Program-made: the position numbers and the translations under genes
Assembly (NCBI GenBank): GCA_002506755.1
Contig: DAYD01000021.1
Location: 29,452-93,451, forward strand
Reading direction: 5' to 3'
Length of the DNA stretch: 64,000 nucleotides
Source: Euryarchaeota archaeon UBA462
GTDB lineage: Archaea; Thermoplasmatota; Poseidoniia; Poseidoniales; Thalassarchaeaceae
Shown here: positions 39,725 through 48,888 of the stretch, one piece after another
Layout: each line of letters starts with the position of its first letter
Numbering within the stretch: position 1 is the stretch's first letter
Notes under the pieces: generated by a model
Seen by the model: only the letters and a program-made list of their open reading frames with translations
Told to the model about the DNA's origin: nothing
The model's database searches: none

Positions 39725-40957
39725 ATGAGAGATTTCAATCACCTTGAGTTGATGCCAGAGCCGGAAGATCCTAGTCTGCTAACTGCAGTTGATAGCGATG
39801 CTCCTGGCTACCCTGGAAAGGCATATGGAATCTCGGACCAAGAAGCAAGAGAGCTCAGGTGGCCCGTTGGACCTATTGTGAGGTTCCTTTGGCCTTGGGG
39901 TGCCCTTGGCTTCTCCGCTGTCATTACTGCATTCATACTTTTTTACCCTTCAATCGCCCCTCTATTACAGGAGGTATTGCCCGATTCAGAATGGGCATAT
40001 GAGGATACAGGAATACGTGATCTTCAGTCCTCTGGTACGCTTGGAGAGGGAGTCAAGGTCTGTATTGTCGATACGGGCATAGATTCCAATCATCCCGATT
40101 TATCAAAAATTAACCTAGTGGGATTCAGAGATTTCTACCAAACGGATAATGAAGAAGTAAAGGATATTGGATATGACAGCCATGGTACTCTAATGTCCGG
40201 GCTCCTAGTTGCAGATGGTAACTTCCTTGGAGCAGCCCCAGGGGTATCTCTTTCAGTGGCTATAGGGCTGGGACCAGATGGCAAATCGGCGAATGAAAGA
40301 ATGGTCTCTCAGGCTATTCGATGGTGTAGAATCTCCCAGGATGCGGATATAATTTCCCTTAGCTTGGGGAGTGCACAGGGCTCTGAGATGTCTACCTCCT
40401 CAGAAACGGTAATAGCAGTAAATGAGGCCCTTGAAAATGGCATTTTCGTTGTAGCAGCAGCAGGTAATTTGGACATTGATTCGAATGACTCTGACGTGTC
40501 ATCTCCAGCTAGCTTGTCTGGAGTCATAGCTGTAGGGGCGCACGACAAGAGTGGCGCTCCATGGGCAGACAGCGCATCGGGCTCCGAAATAGACCCTCAC
40601 ACAGGTGAAGCCAGGTCCTTCCCCGATCAGAAACCAGAGATTATTGCCCCTGGCGTATTGCTTTGGTCTTGTTCCTCGCACGACTCAGAACCTCCTTATG
40701 CTTACTCAACTGGAACTAGCGACTCCACAGTAATCGTAACGGGTGCTCTAGCCCTGATTTTATCCATACACGGCGAAGACCTTTCAGGTGATGACGGTAA
40801 AATAAGCCAGGATGGTATGAATTTAGTTAAGGTAGCTCTAGCTAAATCCGCCAAACCTGCTCCCAATCAAGACTCGACGCACAACCCCAAGTCTGGTTAT
40901 GGCCTTCTCGACGCCTCCGAGTGGTCAAAACAACTAGCCGTTGAGTTGGGGACTTAG
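39725..40957 (+). CDS. membrane-anchored subtilisin-like serine protease (peptidase S8)
   Basis: N-terminal TM helix WGALGFSAVITAFILFY. Catalytic Asp in VCIVDTGIDSNHPDL. Catalytic His in DSHGTLMSG. Oxyanion Asn in VVAAAGN. Catalytic Ser in YSTGTSDSTVIVTGALAL. Confidence 0.85.
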   Translation: MRDFNHLELMPEPEDPSLLTAVDSDAPGYPGKAYGISDQEARELRWPVGPIVRFLWPWGALGFSAVITAFILFYPSIAPLLQEVLPDSEWAYEDTGIRDLQSSGTLGEGVKVCIVDTGIDSNHPDLSKINLVGFRDFYQTDNEEVKDIGYDSHGTLMSGLLVADGNFLGAAPGVSLSVAIGLGPDGKSANERMVSQAIRWCRISQDADIISLSLGSAQGSEMSTSSETVIAVNEALENGIFVVAAAGNLDIDSNDSDVSSPASLSGVIAVGAHDKSGAPWADSASGSEIDPHTGEARSFPDQKPEIIAPGVLLWSCSSHDSEPPYAYSTGTSDSTVIVTGALALILSIHGEDLSGDDGKISQDGMNLVKVALAKSAKPAPNQDSTHNPKSGYGLLDASEWSKQLAVELGT

Positions 40958-41046
40958 TCCCGCCAAATAACTTGGTAATACTCGTTGACTTCTATCGGTT
41001 CCATCGATACCCTATGGTTAAATTGGCCTCATGACGCCCAAGGTAT

Positions 41047-44000
41047 ATGGCGGCAGATGGCAAGGCCAGTTCAATTTCATTGACTGGGTTGTTTTTGATG
41101 AGCATTATACTCACAATGGCACTTCCTGCAGGGACTGCAATGGCCTCTAACGAAACATCCCAAGGCACGATAACTGGGACTGAGACTTGGATGGGGATAC
41201 ATCAGGTCTCTGGAGACGTAACAGTAGCGCCAGGCGCTAAACTAATAATAAATCCAGGAGCAACAGTAATTTTCCAGAATGGCACACATTTAGACGTTAG
41301 GGGTAGCCTCTGTGCCGGTGCATTGTCTTGCGGGGCGCCTTCCGACGCAAATCCGGCTATGGAAATTACACTCATCTGGGAGGCCCCGTCAAACGGAAGC
41401 GCCAGAGGTGAGTGCTATGGAATGAGCAATGGCAATCAAGAAATCTTCATCGAGGATCCCTCTTGTAACGAAGGAGTTCTCATGAGAAGCTCAATAGACC
41501 TTTCACAGACACAACTTAGGCATGTTTCATTTCAAGGAGCATGGGGTATGCCGTACTACATCCAAAGTGTAGGGGAGTTTCGCTATGCAGCCTTGGTTCT
41601 AGATGGTGCTAGCCCCACCCTTACCGAGCTATCATTCAGCCAAATAAATACATCCAGCGTCATGACTACGAACCTAGCTCAACCCATATTCAATGGCGGT
41701 GATTTCGCCGTAGGAGTGGGGGAAGATGGCGGGAGAGTCGGATCCGCGCTCCAGATTTATTCATCAGGATCATCTGTCAGCCCATTCCAGATTTCAGATA
41801 TCAGCCTAACGGCAACAAACAATGGTTGCCAACAGAACGCAGGAGGTAGGTCCGCTATCTGGGCGGAAGACTCATTCATTGAGATCGACAATGCCGAAAT
41901 TACGGGAGATTACGGATTATACCTCAGAACTTCAGCAGGAACTGTGTCAAATTCCGTATTGAATGTAAATTGCAATGGAATTGACCTATGGGGGAAGAAG
42001 GCAGTCGGGTCTACATCATTTGGATTTGAGATATCGGACAACGATATCACCACCATTGAAGGCAATGGGGTATATGGGGCCGGATCATCATTGTTCACTT
42101 TAACAAACAACGACATCGAGGGTGCCGCAAGTGCATCTGGTATTGTTGTATACAATAGTGAGGCTCATATCCACAATAACGACATAGGACCAATTAACGG
42201 TTTCTTTGGATTACAACTCGGTGGAACTTATGACGTAATTGCCGAGAACAATACTATTTTTGACACTAGCTTTTCCCCGGTTGCCGCTGGACAGTATTGG
42301 GGAGGGGGCATAAGATCCGCCTCAAGAGTTCTACTAGCCAACAACACCATCTCATACGCCGGTGCCGCTACTTGTTCTAGCGACGTAAATTGGGATGGTC
42401 AATTCCCTTGTCCGGTAATTCATGCCTATGTTACCGGAGTGACAATGTACGACAATACAATAACATCTACAGGTGAAGCTGACGGCATACGAGCAGTAGG
42501 ATCCTTACTCGACATCCAAAGGAATTCATTCGATGTAGCAAAAACCGGGGCAGTTATCAAAAACTACGATAGCGGGTATGCAAACAATGACCAATATGGG
42601 TCATTGGCGTACTTCTCAGAAAATGACTGGAATCAAGTAGAATCAACCTACAACATCACGAAGAGCTCGGTCACATCTCAATCTGAATACATCCCTTCTC
42701 CCCCTACTGGCGAGTTTCCCGTTCGCCTTTCTTGGCCGGATCAAGAGGCATGGCCGGAAAACGGATTCCAAGGAAAAATTATCCCAACTCCTGTGAAGGA
42801 ATGCAGTACCTGCATGAATATGACTCCAAGGAATTTCCCCCTCGGAGTTAGCATGGACAACAATTCAACTGTCTTTACCTTCGCTGATTTAACAAACCTT
42901 GACTTATCCAAAGTTAAAATCGCATCTCAACCAACTCATTTTGCCGTACAGGTAAGTAGAGCCGAGCTAGTCAGGTTTCAGACACTCATTAACGGGGAAA
43001 AGGTCAGTGACGCTTTGGTAATAGTTGAGGACGCACTTGGAAACGATCTCTACAGAATCAACACTGCAGGAGATGGTTTCACACCTTGGGTGGCCCTTCC
43101 ATCAAACTTCCATCTGGATTTCCGAGGTTTGGGGGGCGGAGATAACCCTGATGGATTTGCGGATGATGAGTACGAAGATTCTTGCTCGGATGGAATAGAT
43201 AATGATGGCGACTTGGTAGTTGACACAAATGATCCAAGCTGCGATTACTCTAATGACTCCAGAGAAATGTCACTCTACAGGTACACGGCTTACAAGTTTG
43301 GATACGGATATTTCTCCGGTGAGTTTACGCTTCAGGAAGCATCACTGGAAGAAACCGCGCAATTGGAGAATTCCGGGCCCACGGTTATGGTCACTCAAAA
43401 CGACGGGCATTCTTTCAGAAGGATCGTGAATATAACTGGTAGCGCCCATGACGGACAATTAGCCAACAGCTATCCTTCAGACGAACTTGCACAGTGGGAC
43501 CAAGGCGGATACGTTCACTCGGTTCAGGTGAAAAATCCTTTCACAAGCTCATGGGAGAATGCTGGAGAAGCAATAGACACGAGTGGAGCAAACCAAGGCG
43601 AGGTCACAAGGTTTAATCGTCCATTCAGCTCTTGGTATTACGAAATAGATCTAAGCGCTCTCGCAGGAGAAGGGGACTATACCTTTGAGTTCAGATCTTT
43701 TGACGGCATAGATTACAGTCCTGTAGTATCAAGGACAATCAAACTAAACACTCAACCACCAACATTAGTCGTGAATACGCCGAGTACATTTTCATCACAT
43801 GATGACGGCAAGGTATTCTTCGAAGGTTATGCTCAGGATCCCTATGGATGCCCCAATGAGTGCAACAAAGATATCGGATTAATTCACATTAGGGTAGAAG
43901 GTCCATACGATTCCTACACAACTAAGGTCTCTGCTAGCGAGGATGGTACTTGGAATTACACTTGGGATTTCCCAATCGTACAAGAGATAATGATGTATGA

Positions 44001-45327
44001 ATTTGAGATTTGGGCTTCCGATTCCGATTTTTGTAATGATGAATTGGATGAGTGCCAGTCAGTCACTCTAGCTCTGACAATAGATAATCGGAATAGCCTG
44101 CCCACTGTAAGTGTGAATCAACCAATTACCGGGACTAGGATCTCATCATCATCTGAGGCAATTCTACAAGGGGTTGCAAGGGATTTCGATGGCCAGATTA
44201 CCAGAGTAGATATAGAGATCGAGGACATATCAAATGATTTCGTTATGGTATTCGATACAAGTGTAACCGAGTTCTCCCAGGAAGGCGAATGGGAATTGAA
44301 ACTGGATACAGGCTTCCTTAGCCAACTTCGACATGATGGTGAGTATTTACTTAGGTTCAGGTCGTATGATGGTACGGATTACAGTGGCTGGTCAGAAGTT
44401 ACAATAATTATCGATAACCCGAAGAATGCTGGAAACAACCAACCTACATTCGACTCGTCAGGATGGGCGACAGAGATTACATTGTATTGCGATCTTGAAT
44501 CCAACTCTATTGACAAATGCACCACAGCAGAGATCGACCTTAGACAATATTTTTCTGATTTGGATGGTAATTCGGATATCCAATTTTTCTCCGTCTACAA
44601 TGACACTTCCTTAGACGATGATGATAGATATCCACTCGTTATAGGAATTGGAAGCGATGGTATCGCACGGTATGATCCTGCAGACATGCAATTTTATGAT
44701 GACAATATGGAGGCTTGGAGCTTGCATGACGTCATCTTCATAGCTACGGATTCTTGGGATTCTAGGGCTAATTCAGATCCCGTATCCTTCAGAGTAGTCC
44801 CACTACAATTCTCAATTCAAGAACCTGACAAGTCATGGTTTGATGGCGAAGAAGTAGCAGTATACACTGGAATAGGGTTGCCTGGAAAGCAGGTGTCAGT
44901 ATCAATAGATGGCATACCAGTCGCTACAGCATTGGTATCTGAAAACGGAACTTGGGAATTACAGATACCCGCTTCTAGACTTGATGAAGTCTCATCAACC
45001 CCCGAATTCACCTATGGAGGTCAGACTACAGAAGCCTCTCCGATTTCCAAAGGAGAGCAAACTGGGAGCTCATCAGGATTAATGGTTACACTTGTCATAG
45101 CATTATCTGGATTAGTCGCTCTATTGTCACTGGCTTACTTTGGAGGTTTCATCGGTATTGAGATTGAGGACGAATCGGACTACAGGAAAACCCCGGCACA
45201 AATTCCCGAAGAAAACGGTGCCGAGCCAAGGAGCACACCCAATTTGGAAAAGTACGAAGACCATCCGGGGTGGCTATGGGATAGTGAATCAGAAAAATGG
45301 GTCCCGGATCCTGATTTCACCGAATAA
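41047..45327 (+). CDS. large (1426 aa) surface protein with right-handed parallel beta-helix (NosD/CASH-like) region, Ig-like repeats, C-terminal TM and cytoplasmic tail
   Basis: Signal-like helix LTGLFLMSIILTMALPAGTAMA. Repetitive N-D/G-I turns occur at about nt 41200-42560 (ISDNDITTIEGNGVY, LTNNDIEGAA, IHNNDIGPI, AENNTIFD, LANNTISY, MYDNTITS). One Asp cluster is DGIDNDGDLVVDTNDPSCD. TM helix VTLVIALSGLVALLSLAYFGGFIGI is followed by a tail of about 65 aa ending HPGWLWDSESEKWVPDPDFTE. Confidence 0.65.
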   Translation: MAADGKASSISLTGLFLMSIILTMALPAGTAMASNETSQGTITGTETWMGIHQVSGDVTVAPGAKLIINPGATVIFQNGTHLDVRGSLCAGALSCGAPSDANPAMEITLIWEAPSNGSARGECYGMSNGNQEIFIEDPSCNEGVLMRSSIDLSQTQLRHVSFQGAWGMPYYIQSVGEFRYAALVLDGASPTLTELSFSQINTSSVMTTNLAQPIFNGGDFAVGVGEDGGRVGSALQIYSSGSSVSPFQISDISLTATNNGCQQNAGGRSAIWAEDSFIEIDNAEITGDYGLYLRTSAGTVSNSVLNVNCNGIDLWGKKAVGSTSFGFEISDNDITTIEGNGVYGAGSSLFTLTNNDIEGAASASGIVVYNSEAHIHNNDIGPINGFFGLQLGGTYDVIAENNTIFDTSFSPVAAGQYWGGGIRSASRVLLANNTISYAGAATCSSDVNWDGQFPCPVIHAYVTGVTMYDNTITSTGEADGIRAVGSLLDIQRNSFDVAKTGAVIKNYDSGYANNDQYGSLAYFSENDWNQVESTYNITKSSVTSQSEYIPSPPTGEFPVRLSWPDQEAWPENGFQGKIIPTPVKECSTCMNMTPRNFPLGVSMDNNSTVFTFADLTNLDLSKVKIASQPTHFAVQVSRAELVRFQTLINGEKVSDALVIVEDALGNDLYRINTAGDGFTPWVALPSNFHLDFRGLGGGDNPDGFADDEYEDSCSDGIDNDGDLVVDTNDPSCDYSNDSREMSLYRYTAYKFGYGYFSGEFTLQEASLEETAQLENSGPTVMVTQNDGHSFRRIVNITGSAHDGQLANSYPSDELAQWDQGGYVHSVQVKNPFTSSWENAGEAIDTSGANQGEVTRFNRPFSSWYYEIDLSALAGEGDYTFEFRSFDGIDYSPVVSRTIKLNTQPPTLVVNTPSTFSSHDDGKVFFEGYAQDPYGCPNECNKDIGLIHIRVEGPYDSYTTKVSASEDGTWNYTWDFPIVQEIMMYEFEIWASDSDFCNDELDECQSVTLALTIDNRNSLPTVSVNQPITGTRISSSSEAILQGVARDFDGQITRVDIEIEDISNDFVMVFDTSVTEFSQEGEWELKLDTGFLSQLRHDGEYLLRFRSYDGTDYSGWSEVTIIIDNPKNAGNNQPTFDSSGWATEITLYCDLESNSIDKCTTAEIDLRQYFSDLDGNSDIQFFSVYNDTSLDDDDRYPLVIGIGSDGIARYDPADMQFYDDNMEAWSLHDVIFIATDSWDSRANSDPVSFRVVPLQFSIQEPDKSWFDGEEVAVYTGIGLPGKQVSVSIDGIPVATALVSENGTWELQIPASRLDEVSSTPEFTYGGQTTEASPISKGEQTGSSSGLMVTLVIALSGLVALLSLAYFGGFIGIEIEDESDYRKTPAQIPEENGAEPRSTPNLEKYEDHPGWLWDSESEKWVPDPDFTE

Positions 45328-45361
45328 TTGTCCAACCACTTCCTACTAACATTATTGAAGT

Positions 45362-47911
45362 GTGGGTGACGGTAATTCAAGTATGGCAAGCGTCGCGACC
45401 TCCAGACCAGGTGTCCAAGAGAGGATATTCCTGCACCTAAGCGACTTTGTCGACCACAGTGAAAAGGTGGAAGTTCCTTTCGCTTTATCCCAAATGGGGA
45501 TAGCCAATGCAGTTTCTATAGCCAGATCAAATGTCCCACGTGCAATATCTGGGATGAAGGAAGCGGGCCACCTTATTGAAAGACAGGTCCACGTTACCGG
45601 GGTATCCAGAAAAAGAAAGGCATATTTCCTTACGGATGATGGTGTAAAGGTAGCTGATGAGATATGGGATAAAGTCTCAGAGGCTACAGTTCGAGTTGTG
45701 CATCCAGATGGCCGATCAGAGAATTGTTCCCTAGCAGAAGCATTGGAGCGAGTCGAATTACCATTGCGGCACGTTGACATGTTGAGATACATGGATGATT
45801 CCGGTACCATTGATCTCTCCGGACTAACTTCGGAACTCGTCGAGCGAGACCTCTCCAAACACATCGAGAAGCAACTTGTCTCTTACTTGAACGACCTGCC
45901 AAGGACTAGGAGATTCTACGGTAGGGAAGAAGAACTCCAAGTCATGGCCAACCTGCTGGAAGCAAAATCTGCATCAATTCTCGTACCAGGAATTGCAGGA
46001 ATTGGAAAAACCTCGCTATCAACCAAAATTCTCGACAGGTTCACTCACAGAAGAAACTTACTCTATCACAGGTGTCAAGACTGGGAGGGATCACGAGCAT
46101 TCTTGGAGGCATGCGCTGAATGGCTATCTTCTATTGGACAGAACGACCTATCTGATTATCTGGCCTCCACAGCCGTTCCAAAAACTAGCATGGCAGTGAA
46201 TTTGATTGAAGATGGCCTTTCAGATTCACCATCTCTAATCGTTATCGATGATTTACACAAAGTTGGCGATGATACTCTTTATTCTATCCTAAAAGAGCTA
46301 ACCTTGAGAATACACAAACTCAAAGAGGTTGGACTGGTAATGTTTTCCAGATCATTCAGAATGGTCGTCCCCGAATCCGACCAGTCAGGCAACATAGTTA
46401 CACTTGTTATGCCGCTACAGGGATTAGATGAAGAATCAAGCAAGCAAATTTTAACAGCTATGCCAAAAATGAATTCCGATCAGTTTACTCATATTTACTC
46501 ACTTTCTCGAGGTCATCCATTGATACTCGAATTAATAAATAGGGGAAATGTTGCCGAAACTTTCCACGCTACACTCGAAGCGTTCGTTGAAAAAGAGATT
46601 TTTAGCAGACTCTCGGGATCAGAAAAGAGACTACTTGGAGCGATTGCAGTTTTCCGTGAGCCCATCCCCATTCAGGCAATACATCAAGTTGAAGATGGAA
46701 TTGACCTTCTTGATGACCTAGTCGAGAAAGGGTTAGCCCGTCAATCAGATTCAGAAAATTATGACGTTCACGATTTGGTCAGAGAATTTCTTATGAGGTC
46801 GATGGATGAGGTGATGAAAACGGATCTTCACTCATCAGCTGTCAATTGGTACCGAAACCGGAAAAATAGCGCAACTGATAGGATTGAATTTATTCATCAC
46901 CTCAGGCATACCGGAGACGAAGATGGCCTTGCAGAAGTATTACTCACCGAGGGACGTGGACTAATTAGCTCCGGTCATACGGAATTACTCTCAATACTAA
47001 ATTCACTTGAAAGTGATGATTTCGACCCAAAAAGCTGGGGTTTAATTAGAGAGCTCAGAGGCGATATACTAACTATCCAAGGAAGGTGGGATGAGGCAGA
47101 GATAGAATATGATGCCGCAACAAAAAGGGTTGAAGGATCCGAACCAAGCAGAGAGCTCGCACGTCTTCTATCTGCAAGAGCGGATATAGCAGTTAAGCGT
47201 GGAGCAATGGATGATGCTTTGGAACTGCATAGAAACGCTCTCAAAATACAAGTCGACATTAGAGACGCATTAGGAGCTGCCAAAAGTTACAACAATATGG
47301 GTAGCATATTCCGTAGGAGAAAGGACTTGAGGAGAGCGCTAGAGGTATACGGCAATGTGGAAGATCTGCTCGAAAAGGAAAAGGATCCAGAGCTTAATGA
47401 GGAAAGAATCGGTCTCGCGTCAGCTTTCATTGAGATGGGAGAATATGATAGGGCCAGAGAGCACGCACTTTTCGCTTACGAGGACACAAAAGACTCCGGA
47501 CAAGATTTCCTGCATGCCAGATCAAGAGCAGTTCTAGGGAGATATTATGCTAAGATATCTGACAACGATTTGGCATTGCTACATTACTCCGGAGCATTAG
47601 AAACCCTTTCTGATCAAAATGATCCGAAAAGTGCAGTGGAGGTTGAAATGCTCCTAGGGCAGGTCCTAATTGATGCTGGTAGAAAGGAAGAGGCCGCAGA
47701 ACACTACTTGAATGGGTTAGCAGTAGCCGAGTCCAACGATTATAGGATGTTACAAGGTGAGCTACTAGCAAGACTTGGAGAAATTGAAACAGATCGTTCC
47801 CAAAGGATGAGCTATCTCCAGAGGTCTCTATCCTTATTCAGGGATCTAGGTGCCGTAGGCCGGATGAGGGAAGTTCAAAATTCTGTTCACAGGGCGGTAA
47901 TGGGTAAGTAA
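45362..47911 (+). CDS. STAND NTPase: N-terminal winged helix-turn-helix, NB-ARC-like ATPase, C-terminal TPR array
   Basis: wHTH: IANAVSIARSNVPRAISGMKEAGHLIERQVHVTGVSRKRKAYFLTDDG. Walker A: LVPGIAGIGKTSL (about 45989-46015). Walker B: LIVIDDLHKV. A GxP-type motif: SRGHPLILELI. TPR-like repeats include AKSYNNMGSIFRRRKDLRRALEVY and ASAFIEMGEYDRAREH. The start is GTG 45362 or ATG 45383. Confidence 0.75.
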   Translation: MGDGNSSMASVATSRPGVQERIFLHLSDFVDHSEKVEVPFALSQMGIANAVSIARSNVPRAISGMKEAGHLIERQVHVTGVSRKRKAYFLTDDGVKVADEIWDKVSEATVRVVHPDGRSENCSLAEALERVELPLRHVDMLRYMDDSGTIDLSGLTSELVERDLSKHIEKQLVSYLNDLPRTRRFYGREEELQVMANLLEAKSASILVPGIAGIGKTSLSTKILDRFTHRRNLLYHRCQDWEGSRAFLEACAEWLSSIGQNDLSDYLASTAVPKTSMAVNLIEDGLSDSPSLIVIDDLHKVGDDTLYSILKELTLRIHKLKEVGLVMFSRSFRMVVPESDQSGNIVTLVMPLQGLDEESSKQILTAMPKMNSDQFTHIYSLSRGHPLILELINRGNVAETFHATLEAFVEKEIFSRLSGSEKRLLGAIAVFREPIPIQAIHQVEDGIDLLDDLVEKGLARQSDSENYDVHDLVREFLMRSMDEVMKTDLHSSAVNWYRNRKNSATDRIEFIHHLRHTGDEDGLAEVLLTEGRGLISSGHTELLSILNSLESDDFDPKSWGLIRELRGDILTIQGRWDEAEIEYDAATKRVEGSEPSRELARLLSARADIAVKRGAMDDALELHRNALKIQVDIRDALGAAKSYNNMGSIFRRRKDLRRALEVYGNVEDLLEKEKDPELNEERIGLASAFIEMGEYDRAREHALFAYEDTKDSGQDFLHARSRAVLGRYYAKISDNDLALLHYSGALETLSDQNDPKSAVEVEMLLGQVLIDAGRKEEAAEHYLNGLAVAESNDYRMLQGELLARLGEIETDRSQRMSYLQRSLSLFRDLGAVGRMREVQNSVHRAVMGK

Positions 47912-48757
47912 TTACACGATGGCCAATTTGCTAGGCTCTTCAACACCAGCCCAATGGGTGAACTCAGGGCCTTTCTGTTTGGAAATTGACACGCTCCCTT
48001 CAAATTCATCCCCCATGGCAAGAAGAACTTCACTTTCTGCAATATGGGGGGCGTTATTACTTTCAGAAAGATGACAGAGCACCACGCTCTGAAGATTCTT
48101 GTTGCTTACCTCCTGTAGAATTTGACCTGTTTGGAAATTAGAAAGATGACCCCCTCTGCCGGAAATTCTTCTCTTTAGTGAGTCAGGATAAGGTCCGCGC
48201 AGCAGTCTCGAATGATCGTAATTTGCCTCTATCGAAATATGATTGCAACCCGACAATTGTTTGACAAGATCTCTTGTGGCTTCACCCAAATCAGTCACTA
48301 TTCCTGCCCTGCTACCTCTTCCGTCACTCGCAATTATTCCTACATTATCGGAGTCATCATGGGGGACTGGGATCGTAAGCATACTCATGCCACCTGGAAA
48401 ATCAAGCCGTTCCAAATTGCCGAAAGTAGTGCACTCCTCGATGGGTCTCCAACCCATCCTGATAGCTGTCCCCAAATTGCAATGTAGCGAAGCCCCCCAT
48501 TTTTTCGATGCCCTCAAAGCCGAGCCCGAATGGTCTTTATGATGGTGCGTCACAACAACTGCATCGATAGAGTTAGGATCAACATCTGCTATCGCCAATC
48601 GATTCTCCGTCTGCTTTAGACTGAACCCACAATCCACCAGGACATTGCAATTCTCAGTGCTGATCAGAGTGGCATTTCCCCTGCTACCAGATCCTAAATG
48701 AGTAATTCCCAACCCCATAATCCAGTCAGCCCAACAACGGCCTTTGAACAAATCCAT
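47912..48757 (-). CDS. metallo-beta-lactamase fold hydrolase (YycJ/WalJ-like)
   Basis: LGSGSRGNATLIS, VLVDCGFS and the HxHxDH motif VVVTHHHKDHSG. The track ORF extends to 48910 and overlaps the divergent 1901-aa gene. ATG 48757 or ATG 48718 (MGLGITHLGSGS) are more plausible starts. Confidence 0.8.
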   Translation of the reverse strand: MDLFKGRCWADWIMGLGITHLGSGSRGNATLISTENCNVLVDCGFSLKQTENRLAIADVDPNSIDAVVVTHHHKDHSGSALRASKKWGASLHCNLGTAIRMGWRPIEECTTFGNLERLDFPGGMSMLTIPVPHDDSDNVGIIASDGRGSRAGIVTDLGEATRDLVKQLSGCNHISIEANYDHSRLLRGPYPDSLKRRISGRGGHLSNFQTGQILQEVSNKNLQSVVLCHLSESNNAPHIAESEVLLAMGDEFEGSVSISKQKGPEFTHWAGVEEPSKLAIV

Positions 48758-48888
48758 AGTCTCCACCGGGCAAAGGTAAATTTTCAGTCCCACGTAGTAT
48801 GTCAGACCTGGTAACAAATTCTTGTACGAACTACGCTCCATCAGCATGATAAATCCAATATTGCCACAAAAATATACCGGGTGGGCGA

